From a virus, in IMG/VR virus record IMGVR_UViG_3300032893_000009, positions 32,001-96,000 of that record: a stretch of 64,000 nucleotides of DNA; one strand, 5' to 3'. The position numbers and the translations under genes were made by a program. The notes beneath the pieces were generated by a model. That model saw nothing but the letters and a program-made list of their open reading frames with translations, was not told the DNA's origin and ran no database searches. Of the stretch, positions 20,401 through 30,162 are shown piece by piece (within the stretch, counting starts at the first letter, position 1; each line of letters starts with the position of its first letter).

Positions 20401-21402
20401 GGGAACGTTGCGAAAGTGCGGATGATAGACGCTTTGATGGAACGGCTGCGTAAGAATGAGGGTCTTCACTATAGGACTAAATCAAAGGCGCTGCGGCGTA
20501 GCGAGGTGGTTTGGCATTTTGCCGGGGACTTTGGTGTGCGTATGCGCGCGCTGTTTCCAGAACGGTGTTTGACCCCGCAGTTCCTGACGCAGCTTACTAA
20601 AAGGCAGCTTCACATTTTGTTGCACACCATGGTCCTTGGTAACGGCTCTGGTTCTGAACTCAGCACTTTGAAAAAATTGGGTCGTGGGAAGATTACCTTC
20701 GGCACCTCGCGTCGTGCGACTGCCGATGCTTTTCAGATGCTTGTTTCTATGAATGATTTGCACGCCTCGCTGGCTGTGCGCGACTTTTCTGTGTATAACG
20801 CAGGACGTAAAACCTACGAATCTATGCAGAACAATCCTCAGTCCGGCGCTCCTTATTATGTTCTGACACTGTGCAATCGCAAATTTGCTGCTATCTATCC
20901 TCAGCACAAATCGTTCGTGCAGAATGTTGGTGTGTGGTGCCCGATGGTTCCGAATACTTATTTTGTTGCTCGACGCAACGGGCATGTGTTTGTGACAGGA
21001 AACACGCCAATTCAGGGCACAGCTCATCAGCTGCTGGTCTGCGGTATGGTGAATCTGGTGCGCAAGCCGGAAGAGTATACGGTGCTGGGCGCTCCCAGCA
21101 TGGACGTTCACGATGCGCTTTACATGATCGTGAATGTGCTGGAGCTGCAAGAGGCCTATCGCAAGGCCCGCTATCTGCTGGAGGAGGGGTCTCTGAGTAC
21201 GGTCAAGTCCGACTTCCCGCATATCGACTGGAAGGTTCCCATCCGGGTTGCTGCCGAGGCGGGCATCCGGCTGGGTGGCCGTGTGGATTTGGAGGACGAC
21301 AAGTTCACCGTGGGCGGCTATCTGCTCGACTGGTACGGGGTGACCAAGAAGCAGATGCTCGATCTGCATCAGCAACTGGCTGAGGTACCGGACGCCGTAT
21401 GA
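17494..21402 (+). CDS. Family A DNA polymerase with N-terminal uracil-DNA glycosylase-like domain, 3'-5' exonuclease and intein
   Basis: UDG4-like CEACPL/GQSPG/FVGDSG/HPSF; exonuclease DVE, YNGADCD; polymerase TSGRLSS, DYGQIEVR, KNVHFGILFG, PIQGTA, VHDAL. Confidence 0.93.
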   Translation: MPFAELTQVRRTKRIRKDAPRGCEACPLNKIEGINKIMGTIRGKRILVVGQSPGMTENRAGHEFVGDSGEFLWVEMDAVGLHREDCDIFNVVRCVPADLIEGTYFSRLKMRSPTPEEIHCCSVHTENTLPKVKAKHILILGQIAQKAFLETRSVPQQKIFWSEKHQAKIYLADHPSFFIRGYGAGARIEAFRSTLKQLAIDASDGDYAERADDNFSYLREQRYLLISTAKRAAWAANIIKAYAAKGRRISVDVEYDIFDGNRFIFACGFCPQPGLTFVFVNDFPAVQQGDQDRRAVLFHRDALLSNAAIKKVFHYGCSDINALEEDGVTVQGYDWDTNVSEYLYYPDEHNKYGLANIAERRFQQFSGYKHIIFDDLFNAMPEDVKVPPAVRGGSYDSKETWLKAHGGFHLSRLRADTLRLYNGADCDLTKRIEIDNKKKVPHALVKLYMDLNFLLLRMEQNGPWFDDWQHRQVSRLWPYLEQKALAELREMVGRPDFNPGSPDQVYDVIYNQLGLIYPLRKGKPNTRKQTLMMLSRESPVPSAVLGWRRLSKALSTYIDGPKAVAERFGGRVKTVWWSTGTTSGRLSSSGGDEGGMNLQNLHKNKQLQNQYVADRRWRQVFNVIAKIKRTYHKDRWETEIECWVRQHMPDLKTFLILDYGQIEVRVAAQVSGDKNLIHDCAESDIHTRVGVTMTGWEADKIKHDNATRTLTKNVHFGILFGIEKHNLFDFIKAMNPDFDGTEEMVFEAYDRYFARYRGVARYIEQQRAQAQGLGYCETMFGLHRALNVTDKYADNDEDDDREFFDSSGERQTSWRNQCINCVDMGTEALTQRGWVRGTDLRPGDVLLTKNAVSGALEWQAATDIKVYPRHKSKLMQFKSRTFDSASTLDHRWLVNEKKGRVKRADVECRLTSEITQEMRIHRTGAYAAPAVSPYSDDFVRLAAWYLTDGSCCSGEGYSRSACMLFQSRVGNVAKVRMIDALMERLRKNEGLHYRTKSKALRRSEVVWHFAGDFGVRMRALFPERCLTPQFLTQLTKRQLHILLHTMVLGNGSGSELSTLKKLGRGKITFGTSRRATADAFQMLVSMNDLHASLAVRDFSVYNAGRKTYESMQNNPQSGAPYYVLTLCNRKFAAIYPQHKSFVQNVGVWCPMVPNTYFVARRNGHVFVTGNTPIQGTAHQLLVCGMVNLVRKPEEYTVLGAPSMDVHDALYMIVNVLELQEAYRKARYLLEEGSLSTVKSDFPHIDWKVPIRVAAEAGIRLGGRVDLEDDKFTVGGYLLDWYGVTKKQMLDLHQQLAEVPDAV
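19954..21003 (+). mobile_element. Intein (350 aa) with LAGLIDADG-type domain in the DNA polymerase
   Basis: N|CVDMGTEALTQRGW...RRNGHVFVTGN|TPIQG; LAAWYLTDGS block; GC drop. Confidence 0.92.
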
Positions 21403-21420
21403 ATTCTCTAGTATGAATTG

Positions 21421-21972
21421 ATGGCTATCGATTCCAATCTGTTGATCAAGCGCTTGGCTCTGGTGGACGAAAACATCCTTGCCGAGGCCGCCTTGCAGCC
21501 CCAGCGCTTCGTGGATGCCGCCCGCTACCGCGTGGAGGCCATGAAACAGCGTGCGCAGGCACAGGCTGAGCTGGAGTACCGGCGCAGCAGGCTGGCGCTG
21601 GCTGTACGGGCCAAGGTTGCTGCATCCGGGGAGCGTGCCACCGACAAGAACACTGCCGAGCGGGTGGAGAACCACTCCATGATCCGCGAGCTGCGCGCCA
21701 AGCTGGATCGGGCGCTGGAGGTTGAGGAGTTCGCTCGCCTGATCATGGAAGCCTACCGCATGCGCCGCGACGCCATTCGCGTGATCGCCGAGACGCAGAT
21801 TGCCGAGGGTGTGAAGGAGAGCCGCGAGCTGGAGCACATTGAGCAGCGGCGCAAGGTCAATCGGGTGGCGCGCAGTCTTGCCGAGCGGCGGCAACGTGTA
21901 GAGGCACCAGCCAACGACGAGGTTGACCCCTACGACCCTAATCTCCGGGGCGAAGACTTGGAGGAGCCATGA
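21421..21972 (+). CDS. Coiled-coil protein, possible UvsY-like recombination mediator
   Basis: Helical; sits between polymerase and SSB/RecA; resemblance by eye only. Confidence 0.45.
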   Translation: MAIDSNLLIKRLALVDENILAEAALQPQRFVDAARYRVEAMKQRAQAQAELEYRRSRLALAVRAKVAASGERATDKNTAERVENHSMIRELRAKLDRALEVEEFARLIMEAYRMRRDAIRVIAETQIAEGVKESRELEHIEQRRKVNRVARSLAERRQRVEAPANDEVDPYDPNLRGEDLEEP

Positions 21973-22164
21973 GTATGAGTGACGATCTTGTAACGTATCC
22001 CGGGCTGTTCCGTGTCAAGTTGCTGGAGCTTCTTGCTCGTGCTTTGCAGCGGCAAAGTACAGCTGCCGAGGCAGTCGAGGTTTTGCGTATGCTTGGCTGC
22101 CCCGATAACGCTTCGGTGTCGGAAATAAAGGCCGCTCTCCAGCATGCTTTGGAGGTGATTTACA

Positions 22165-22497
22165 GTGACTGACAAGCCTCTGAGCAAGCTGGGCATCACT
22201 GGGGTCACGGTGAGCGTGGAGATCGCCGACAAGAACTACGGTTCCGGCCAGAGTGATTTCATGTCGGTAAGTTCGCGGATACCCGATGGAATGCCCGGGT
22301 TGCCGATGGATATGGACACCGTGATCGGCGACGGGCTGGACAAGTATTTTGCGGCATGGCAGACGTTGCTGCAGGCCGCGCTGGCTTCAGGCAGGATCGA
22401 TCAGGCCGACTACATGGAGCAGACGCGCAGGTTTTTGACTAGAGTAGAGAAGGTTCGGGTTTTGTATCGGAAGATGGTTAAGGCGGAAGCCGTATGA
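22165..22497 (+). CDS. Hypothetical protein
   Basis: GGAGGT RBS, GTG start. Confidence 0.6.
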   Translation: MTDKPLSKLGITGVTVSVEIADKNYGSGQSDFMSVSSRIPDGMPGLPMDMDTVIGDGLDKYFAAWQTLLQAALASGRIDQADYMEQTRRFLTRVEKVRVLYRKMVKAEAV

Positions 22498-22527
22498 GCG
22501 GTAATTCACAATTGGAGATACAAAACA

Positions 22528-23640
22528 ATGGCTTTCGACGAAAGGGCTTATGCACGCAAGCGCGCGGAGCAGCGGCAGCAAAGCTCGTGGTACAAGCTGA
22601 AGGTGGGCGACAACCGCTTCCGCATTCTGCCCACTCCGCCTCCGAAGAAGATCACCTCGGAAACTGACCGGCTGTTCTTCAAGGAGTACGCACTACACCG
22701 CGACGTCGGGCCGCAGAAGGTTACGGTGCGTTGCGGCATCGATCCGGTCAGTGGCGAGGGAGAGTGCTGGATTTGCGACAAGCTGATCCCGCACCTGCAG
22801 GCCAAGAGGCTGGAGCAGCGGGCATCTGCACTGCAGGCCAAGACACAGTTTCTGGTGCAGGTGGCCAGTGTGGATGACGACGACAAGATGACCGGGCCAT
22901 TTCTGTTCACCCCGGCCAAGACTGTCGCCGACCAGCTGCTGGCCTCGATCTTCGGCGCGAAGAAGAAGAGCTACACCGACCCCGTGCGCGGCTACAACAT
23001 TTCTGTCTCCCGTACTGGTACCGGCAAGAACGATACCAAGTACGGCATGATCACTGCGGACGAGGACCCCACCCCGGTTCCCAAGGCGCTGCTGGACAAG
23101 CTGAAGCCGTTTGCGGAACTGAAGGAGGTTCCGATCTACTCGCAGGCCAAGCAGCAGGCTGCTTATAGTGGCAAGTCTGTGGACGAGGTTGAGCCTGAGC
23201 AGGAAGAGGAGCAGCCGCGCAGTCGCCGCAGGGCTGTTGCCGAGGAAGTGGAAGAGCCTGTGGAGGACATCGATACCGAGGCCGAGGCGGTGGATGAGGA
23301 CGACCCTGACTTGGATGCCGATGAGCCAGTGGATGGCGAGGACCTGCCTGCAGAGGACGAGGAGCTGGTGGAAGAGCCTCCCGCGCCCCGTGCCAAGCCG
23401 AAGGCCAAGCCTGTTGCCGTGCGCCGTCCAGCTCCGGTAGAGGAAGTCGCGGATGAGCCCCTTGAGGACGACATCCCCGACGACATCGATCTGGATGCAA
23501 TCGATGATGAGGGCGACGACGCCCCCGACCCGGAGCCTGTGCGGAGGCCTGCTGCCAAGCCGGGTCCACGGCCCGTGGCTGCCAAACCAGCTGCGCGGCC
23601 CGCGTCGAGGGTCTCGGCCCCCAATCCGAAGCGCCGGTAA
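22528..23640 (+). CDS. gp32-like single-stranded DNA-binding protein
   Basis: GDNRFRILP, H...C...CWIC Zn site, RTGTGKNDTKY, long acidic tail. Confidence 0.8.
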   Translation: MAFDERAYARKRAEQRQQSSWYKLKVGDNRFRILPTPPPKKITSETDRLFFKEYALHRDVGPQKVTVRCGIDPVSGEGECWICDKLIPHLQAKRLEQRASALQAKTQFLVQVASVDDDDKMTGPFLFTPAKTVADQLLASIFGAKKKSYTDPVRGYNISVSRTGTGKNDTKYGMITADEDPTPVPKALLDKLKPFAELKEVPIYSQAKQQAAYSGKSVDEVEPEQEEEQPRSRRRAVAEEVEEPVEDIDTEAEAVDEDDPDLDADEPVDGEDLPAEDEELVEEPPAPRAKPKAKPVAVRRPAPVEEVADEPLEDDIPDDIDLDAIDDEGDDAPDPEPVRRPAAKPGPRPVAAKPAARPASRVSAPNPKRR

Positions 23641-23654
23641 TCCGAGCAGCTAAC

Positions 23655-23685
23655 TGAGGCCCGGAGCATCGGGCCTCATTCTTTC
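23655..23685 (+). terminator. Probable intrinsic terminator
   Basis: TGAGGCCCG...CGGGCCTCA followed by TTCTTTC. Confidence 0.65.
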
Positions 23686-23697
23686 TGGAGATGCGAC

Positions 23698-24678
23698 GTG
23701 ATTCCCAAGCCCAAAGCGAAGCGTGCCGAACCTGCTGCGCCAGCCAGCGTGGCGGCACCCGTGAAGTCTGCGGTTCTGGACATCGATGGCAATGCCATTC
23801 AGACGCAGGTCCACAAGATGCTGGACACCCCGATCTTCGCGGTGAAGGAGCGCTACTGGCTGGATACCAAGTCACCGGAGCTGAATGCTACTTTCGGCTC
23901 ACGGGAGAGGGGCATTCCTTACGGCAAGGTCTTTGAGATTTCTGGTTTGGAGCACAGTGGCAAGACTCTGATCGCCAACCTGCTTATGGGCATGGCTCAG
24001 GACGACGGCGCGGCTGCCGGGTACATCGATCTGGAGGATAGCCGCGACGGGGCGTGGGCTACCAAGCTGGGTGTGCATTGGAATGCTGTGACACAGTTCT
24101 ACCCACAACTGGTTAGGCAGGAGAAAGGTCCACCGAAGCTGCTCGGTGTTGAAGAGATTTGCGACCGGGCAGAGAAGGCCATGTATCTGCTACACAAGAG
24201 GGCCGGAGCCAAGAAGCAGTTTTGGTTCCTCGACTCCGTGGCCATGATGGTGACCGGCAAGCAGGTGGATGCTGGCCTGACAGAAATCACTATGAATTCC
24301 AAGCTGGACCGCGCCGCATTTCTGGCTACCATGCTGCCGCGCTGGACGGGACTGGCTGCGAACTACAACGCCATGATCCTTGTCTCCAACCATCTGCACA
24401 ACAAGGTGGGCAAGTTCTTCGGCGATCCCTACGAGACTCCCGGGGGCCGTGCCCTGCGCCACGTCTGTGCGGTGCGGGTGCGTGGGGCGCGCGCCAAGAA
24501 CGGGCGGCTGATGCAGGGCAAGCGGGTGATTGGGCTGGCCAGCATTTTCCGCAATCTGAAGAACAAGAGCGGAGACGGTTCCGTGGAAGGCTGCGAAGTG
24601 GGTTTCAAGGTGCGCTGGGACAAGCCCCTCGCAGTGGTGCAGTTTATGAACGCCAACGAACTCAGAGGAGATGAGTAA
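23698..24678 (+). CDS. RecA/UvsX-like recombinase
   Basis: GIPYGKVFEISGLEHSGKT, YIDLE, LDSVA, TPGGRALRH. Confidence 0.92.
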   Translation: MIPKPKAKRAEPAAPASVAAPVKSAVLDIDGNAIQTQVHKMLDTPIFAVKERYWLDTKSPELNATFGSRERGIPYGKVFEISGLEHSGKTLIANLLMGMAQDDGAAAGYIDLEDSRDGAWATKLGVHWNAVTQFYPQLVRQEKGPPKLLGVEEICDRAEKAMYLLHKRAGAKKQFWFLDSVAMMVTGKQVDAGLTEITMNSKLDRAAFLATMLPRWTGLAANYNAMILVSNHLHNKVGKFFGDPYETPGGRALRHVCAVRVRGARAKNGRLMQGKRVIGLASIFRNLKNKSGDGSVEGCEVGFKVRWDKPLAVVQFMNANELRGDE

Positions 24679-24679
24679 C

Positions 24680-25090
24680 ATGGCAACGAAAAAGACAAGC
24701 GAGGCCCCCGAGGGTACAGGGGAGCAGACCGGGGCGCTGAGCCGCGAAGCTGAATTGACTGCTGCGTTGAATGAGGTGAAGACGCAGCTTGCTAACCAAG
24801 AATCTTTGTACCAGCACGAAGTTGGACGGCTGAAGGGCATCATCGAGCGGCTGCAGCACGAGTCCAAGAGCGTGCATCCCGACGCCACTCCACAGGGCGC
24901 GCTGTCCTATATCATCACCTATCTCGAAGCTGTGGCGGTTGGTGGAAGCGCCGGTTATCTGCGCAGCGCTGTGCATGTAGCTGCTGGCCGTTTGAACACC
25001 GATGATCGCATGAAGCTGCGCGAGTACGTGCAGCGTTTGGCCTCTGCTACTGACGCCGTGGTGCAGGAATCCGCAACATTCTTCGTGTAA
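24680..25090 (+). CDS. Hypothetical coiled-coil protein
   Basis: ORF coupled to the RecA-like gene. Confidence 0.6.
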   Translation: MATKKTSEAPEGTGEQTGALSREAELTAALNEVKTQLANQESLYQHEVGRLKGIIERLQHESKSVHPDATPQGALSYIITYLEAVAVGGSAGYLRSAVHVAAGRLNTDDRMKLREYVQRLASATDAVVQESATFFV

Positions 25091-25100
25091 GGGGGCCGTT

Positions 25101-25424
25101 GTGCAGTTTGTTTGCGGAGTTGTGGACAAGCAGGGGGTGCGCCGCATCCTTACCGCCGAGAGTACGCCGACACTGGAGAACATCGACGACGCGGCGCGGC
25201 GCATGACTGCTCTGCCTGTGGACTGGGGGCCGGAGGCCGATCAGGAAGCCAGCCGGTGGGCTGCGTGGATCATTCTTGATACTGTGACGGGCGCGGTTAT
25301 AGCAGATCGATATTGCGAGCAATATGCTGCTGAGGTGGTCAGGAAGCTGAGCACGGATCGCATGTGGCTCCTACCTGTGGGCGAGGTCGAGGAATGGCTG
25401 AGAACCAAGCAGAAAGTAAACTGA
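25101..25424 (+). CDS. Hypothetical protein
   Basis: Fills the gap between coupled genes. Confidence 0.5.
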   Translation: MQFVCGVVDKQGVRRILTAESTPTLENIDDAARRMTALPVDWGPEADQEASRWAAWIILDTVTGAVIADRYCEQYAAEVVRKLSTDRMWLLPVGEVEEWLRTKQKVN

Positions 25425-26452
25425 CGCAGCAGCTGTCTCTCGCGGCACGGCCCAGAACACTGGATGGCCTGATCGGACAGGGAAGAATGGTGAGCCGCAT
25501 TCGTGGCCACATCGATACAGGCCGCTACCCCAAGGCGTGGTTGTTCTACGGACCCAAGGGGGTGGGCAAAACAACCACTGCGCGTATTCTGGCTCTCTCT
25601 TACCAGTGCTCTCATCAGGAGCTGTTCGGACGGCCATGCAAGGCCTGCCGCGCGCTGTGCCCGGAGGGGGTCTCTGCGGGCATCTGGAGCAACTTTCCCG
25701 TGCTGGAGATTTCCGGTGCGGCCATCTCGACGAAGGAAGAAATGGGCTATGCGCTGTCAGCGGCGCATGCGGGCATCATGGGCGTGGGGCGCTACCGGGT
25801 GTACATCATCAACGAGGTGCAGCGCTGCAGCAGCGCCTGCCTGAGCCTGTTTCTGGATCGCATGGAAGACACTCCCCGGAGCACGGTATTCATCTTCACC
25901 ACCACCGAGGCCTCGCGCCTGAGCGACCCGTTCCGGTCCCGCTGCCAGTGCTACGAGCTGAGAGAGCTGGACGCCGATGGTGTGGGATTGATGGTGGGAC
26001 GTCTTCTGAAGCGCATCGGAAGCGCGTTGCCTGCCGACCGGCTGGTGGAAGCGCTGCTTGACAGCAAGGTATTCTCACCCCGGCTGGTGGCGCAGGCTGT
26101 CGAGAAGTACACCGCCGGGTGCGACCCGGATGAGGCGGCGCTGGTGAGCGGCACGCCGGACGTGGACATCATGGCGCTGTCCAAGGCTATTACCCATGGA
26201 GACTGGCCGAGCGCCGCACAGTATTTGCAGGGAGCGCAGCGCAGCGATGCCCGTTCTTTGCGGGTACTGCTGATGAAGTACCTGCGCGACCAGCTGCTGG
26301 AGTCGTCGGAGATCGGGCCGAGGGCAACCACGGTAGCCAAGGCCATCGATCTCATGTCAAGTGTGACTAATGCCGAGGATGAGGTGGTATTTGCAGCCAT
26401 CTGCTCATCTGCTTATTCTCTGACGAAGCTGTTCAGCCAGTATACGGTGTGA
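25394..26452 (+). CDS. DnaX (gamma/tau)-like clamp loader AAA+ ATPase
   Basis: RPRTLDGLIGQ, GPKGVGKTTTAR, PCKACRAC-like Zn site, INEVQ, SRC arginine finger. Confidence 0.88.
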   Translation: MAENQAESKLTQQLSLAARPRTLDGLIGQGRMVSRIRGHIDTGRYPKAWLFYGPKGVGKTTTARILALSYQCSHQELFGRPCKACRALCPEGVSAGIWSNFPVLEISGAAISTKEEMGYALSAAHAGIMGVGRYRVYIINEVQRCSSACLSLFLDRMEDTPRSTVFIFTTTEASRLSDPFRSRCQCYELRELDADGVGLMVGRLLKRIGSALPADRLVEALLDSKVFSPRLVAQAVEKYTAGCDPDEAALVSGTPDVDIMALSKAITHGDWPSAAQYLQGAQRSDARSLRVLLMKYLRDQLLESSEIGPRATTVAKAIDLMSSVTNAEDEVVFAAICSSAYSLTKLFSQYTV

Positions 26453-26460
26453 GGACGTTT

Positions 26461-29271
26461 ATGAGACTGCTGTTCACGAGTGATTGGCAGGTTCATTTCA
26501 GTAACATGCTGGAGTGTGAACTTTCGCTGGAGGAATTGCTGGCCGCCGCCGACAAGTACAAGCCTGCGGTGATCATCCACGGCGGCGACATGAAAGAGGA
26601 CTACTCGCCTGTGGACGTGGAGGTGGTGAAGTTTGCCGTCCGGGCAGTGCGCCGCATTCGGGAGGCCGGGCACCGGTTCATCATCAATCTGGGCAACCAC
26701 GACCGCATCAGCCAGTCGAGCGAGTCCAAGGACTGGCTGGATGTGCTGGCCGCCGCCGGGGCTGAGGTGGTCACCAAGCCTGCCATCAAGAAAATCGGGA
26801 ATTTGGCCCTGTGCTGCCTTCCGTTCACGGCGGACAGGGAAATGCTCATCAAGGGGGCAAAAGCCCTGCTACGGGCTTCTGCGGGCCACCACGGGCCTAA
26901 AATCCTGCTCTTCCATACCGAGATTGCCGGTGCGGTGCTGAATTCTGCTGGAAGGCTGGGCCACGGCCCCACCCCAGAGGAGCTGGGCTTCGATCAGTAC
27001 GACGCCTGTTTCGGCGGCCATATTCACAACCACCAGAGGATCAGCGAGAACAGCTGGTATATCGGAGCCCCGTTTGCGCAGGACTGGGGCGACGCCAATT
27101 CCAGCCGGGGTCATCTGCTAGTAGATGTAGTACAGACGGTGGGGGTGAAGCAGCTGCGCACTGATATTCCTCACTGGTACGACGTGGGCTATCTGGAGGA
27201 GAACAAGATCACCCCCGAGGCCGGAGCCTACATCCGGTCCAAGGTGCCGGTGACCAGTCGCCGCATCACCGATCAGCTGCGCGAGGAAGAGGAGCGTATT
27301 CGTGCGAAGTACGGCGAGGTGCGGGTTCACACCGTTCCGGTGCTGGTGGACGAGACCCCTGATCAGATGGTGCTCAAGGGTGCCACCGACCGGGAGAAGA
27401 TCGAGCAGTACGTGGCAGCGACCATCACCGAGCAGCACCGCTTCGAGCCCGCGCAGGCGGTCAGCTACATGGAGTCCAAGCTGCAGGGTCTGAAGGAGGG
27501 CGCGCAGGGCGGCGATCTGCATTTCGTGGGCGTGGAGGCGCATAACGTTCTGGTGTTCGAGGACGTGAAGATGCGGCTGGAGAAGCTGGGACTGGTGCTG
27601 GTGCGCGGGGAAAGCGAGGACTGGCCCGGGCGCTCCAACGGCACCGGCAAGAGCAGCCTGCTGAGTCTGGTTCCGATTGCCATGTTCGGGGTGGTGCCCA
27701 ACAAGAAGCAGAAGGCCGATGCGTGGGCTTACGAGCGCGACGAGGCTCCGGCTACGGTGCGCTTGTTGTTGCAAGACGCAGCCAAGCGCAAGATCGAGAT
27801 CATCCGGGGCCGCAGGCCGCACCTGATTCAACTGCGCATCGACGGTGAGGACAAGTCTTCAGGCATCCGAGGCACTGGCAAGAACGAGACACAGGGCCTC
27901 ATCGAGCAGGTGACCGGCTACGATATGCAGATGCTGATGAACGCCGTGTACATCGATCAGGCGGTGGCCAACAGCTTCGTATTCGGCACCCCCAGCGGAC
28001 GCATGGACCTGATTGCCCGCTTCCAGAACCTCGAACGCTTCGACAAGGCTCTTGCGGCGGTGGGCGCGGATTACAAGCGCTGGGAAGGAGCCGTACCACC
28101 GTTGACCGCCCAGATTGAATTATGGGAGCAGGAGATTGATGGGCTGAAGGACGAGCTGCATGCAATCGAACAGGAGCAGAAGTCGAACTGGGGCGAGCAG
28201 CTGAAGGAGGAGCAGGCCAAGCTGGGCAACCTCGTGGAACAGCATGCGGCGCTGTCCGGTGTGGCTGCCACCTATGCGGAGATGCAGCGTGAGCTGGACG
28301 ATCTGCTTGCCGACCGTCATAGGGAGCTTGCAGATGTGGAGAAGCTGGACCGGCAGGTGCATGTGGCCAAGGACCGGGCGGAGCGCGGACGCGAGCTGGT
28401 GAGGGCTGGGCAGTGCCCCACCTGCGCGCAGCCCACCAAGAATCTGGGCGACACGCTGGTGAAGAGCTTCGAGAACAAGGCCAAGGAGATCGAGAGCATA
28501 GCACTGCGGCACCGGGACGCGGTAGACGGGTTGGACCGGAAGGTGGCCGATATTTCCACGAAGCTGGGCAAATTCCAACTGCAGATGACAGGATTGGAAG
28601 GCGAACTGAGCGTCAGCCGTGGCCGGGTGCGCGATCTGCAGAAGGTTGCTGACGAAGAGGCTGAGCGCAACCAGACCCGGGCGGCCAAGATCGAGCGCAT
28701 GTCTTTCGAGCTGGCTTTGAAGAAGCGCTACCGCAGGGCGGCGGTCGCAGCGCGGCAGGAACTGATCGTCGGGCTGGAGATGCTGGAGTATGCAAAGAAG
28801 GCCTTTCACCGCAGCGGCATTCCGCTCTACCTTTCCGTGGGGCTGTGCCCGCTGCTCAATCAGGCTGCCGATGAGTACAGCGAGATTTTTACGGATGGCA
28901 AGCTCAAGGTGACCTTCCGCGTCGAGGACGGGGAGTTTGTGGTGGACGTGGTCAACCCGGTGGGCTCGGGGACCACCGAGGGCCAGTCTGCCGGTGAGTC
29001 GGCGATGGCTGGTCTCATCGCGGCATTTTCCGTGCGCGAGGCCGCGCCCAAGACCAATCTGTTGATCTTGGATGAGCCGGGCACGCATCTGGACCCCGAG
29101 GGGTGCCGCCAGTTTGCACGGGGAATTCTGAAGCTGAAGGACCGCTTCGAGACCATCATGCTGGTCACGCATAATGCTTATATTGCGTCACTTCTCTCTG
29201 GTGAAACGGTCTACACTGTACGGAAGCGGAGCGGACGAAGCAAGCTCTATCTATCATCAAGGAGAGGGTAA
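26461..29271 (+). CDS. Fused SbcD(Mre11)-SbcC(Rad50) nuclease/ATPase
   Basis: SDWQ, GGD, GNHD, GHIH; NGTGKSS, CPTC hook, QSAGE, LILDE, VTH. Confidence 0.9.
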   Translation: MRLLFTSDWQVHFSNMLECELSLEELLAAADKYKPAVIIHGGDMKEDYSPVDVEVVKFAVRAVRRIREAGHRFIINLGNHDRISQSSESKDWLDVLAAAGAEVVTKPAIKKIGNLALCCLPFTADREMLIKGAKALLRASAGHHGPKILLFHTEIAGAVLNSAGRLGHGPTPEELGFDQYDACFGGHIHNHQRISENSWYIGAPFAQDWGDANSSRGHLLVDVVQTVGVKQLRTDIPHWYDVGYLEENKITPEAGAYIRSKVPVTSRRITDQLREEEERIRAKYGEVRVHTVPVLVDETPDQMVLKGATDREKIEQYVAATITEQHRFEPAQAVSYMESKLQGLKEGAQGGDLHFVGVEAHNVLVFEDVKMRLEKLGLVLVRGESEDWPGRSNGTGKSSLLSLVPIAMFGVVPNKKQKADAWAYERDEAPATVRLLLQDAAKRKIEIIRGRRPHLIQLRIDGEDKSSGIRGTGKNETQGLIEQVTGYDMQMLMNAVYIDQAVANSFVFGTPSGRMDLIARFQNLERFDKALAAVGADYKRWEGAVPPLTAQIELWEQEIDGLKDELHAIEQEQKSNWGEQLKEEQAKLGNLVEQHAALSGVAATYAEMQRELDDLLADRHRELADVEKLDRQVHVAKDRAERGRELVRAGQCPTCAQPTKNLGDTLVKSFENKAKEIESIALRHRDAVDGLDRKVADISTKLGKFQLQMTGLEGELSVSRGRVRDLQKVADEEAERNQTRAAKIERMSFELALKKRYRRAAVAARQELIVGLEMLEYAKKAFHRSGIPLYLSVGLCPLLNQAADEYSEIFTDGKLKVTFRVEDGEFVVDVVNPVGSGTTEGQSAGESAMAGLIAAFSVREAAPKTNLLILDEPGTHLDPEGCRQFARGILKLKDRFETIMLVTHNAYIASLLSGETVYTVRKRSGRSKLYLSSRRG

Positions 29272-29498
29272 TGAAGAACGAGGGCAAGCGTGAGCAGGGC
29301 AGCGTGAAGTGGTTCAATGCTGCCAAGGGGTTCGGGTTCATCGGGCGCAGTGAGGGTGATGATGTGTTTGTGCATTACTCCGGCGTGCGCGGAGACGGCT
29401 TCAGGAAGCTGGATGAGGGTGACCTAGTAGAGTTCTCTCTACAGGCATCCAAGACCAAACCGGGGAAGTTTGAGGCCATTGACGTAGTGAAGGTGTAA
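29271..29498 (+). CDS. Cold-shock protein (CspA family)
   Basis: [22 protein letters not shown]. Confidence 0.95.
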   Translation: MKNEGKREQGSVKWFNAAKGFGFIGRSEGDDVFVHYSGVRGDGFRKLDEGDLVEFSLQASKTKPGKFEAIDVVKV

Positions 29499-29502
29499 GC
29501 CT

Positions 29503-29946
29503 ATGAGGATCGCAGTGGTGGGAGCTAAGGAAAGGGATACGGAGGAGGATCGTCTGCTGGTTGAGAAGCTGGTGGAGCAGATTTCCTCCGAAGCCCCGCA
29601 CACCGTGTTCGTCGGAATGATGACGCACATCGGGGTGGGGCGGTTTCTCAAGGACAAAATTCTGCGGCGCGACGGCAACGGCAGTTTCTCCTTCTCCATG
29701 ATCGAGTGCTCGGTGCGGGTCTTCGCCCGGGGCATGTCCAAGAGCGATCTGGTGCAGATTTATCTGGCGCGCAACGCCACGCCGTTTGAGATCAGTGACA
29801 TGCTGATTTACCTCGCTTCAGAGGACCGGCGCGGCACCTGCGAAGAGCTGCTGGAGCGCTTTCATCATGCGGGCAGGCCGGTGCTGGTGCTGATGCCGGG
29901 TGACCCGTTGCCGGAGCGTATTCTGGAAAGCGCGGAGGTAGCATGA
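29503..29946 (+). CDS. Hypothetical protein (Rossmann/SLOG-like pattern)
   Basis: MRIAVVG start; alpha/beta pattern. Confidence 0.5.
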   Translation: MRIAVVGAKERDTEEDRLLVEKLVEQISSEAPHTVFVGMMTHIGVGRFLKDKILRRDGNGSFSFSMIECSVRVFARGMSKSDLVQIYLARNATPFEISDMLIYLASEDRRGTCEELLERFHHAGRPVLVLMPGDPLPERILESAEVA

Positions 29947-30155
29947 CCTACCATTCGCTGAGCGACAGCGGGATGACGCCGGAGGAGCGCCGTCAAGAGG
30001 CCAATGTCATCATTGCCATATTCAATGACTGCGACGCGCTGGGTAGGCTGAGCCGCAACGAGTATGAATTCGTAGAGAAGATGGCGAAGGGCTTTCCGGT
30101 TTCGACGAGCCAGCTCTTCTGGCTCAGGGATTTGAAAAGCAAGTATTGCGAGTGA
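29943..30155 (+). CDS. Hypothetical protein
   Basis: ATGA overlap, GGAGGT RBS. Confidence 0.6.
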   Translation: MTYHSLSDSGMTPEERRQEANVIIAIFNDCDALGRLSRNEYEFVEKMAKGFPVSTSQLFWLRDLKSKYCE

Positions 30156-30162
30156 GGAGCGT

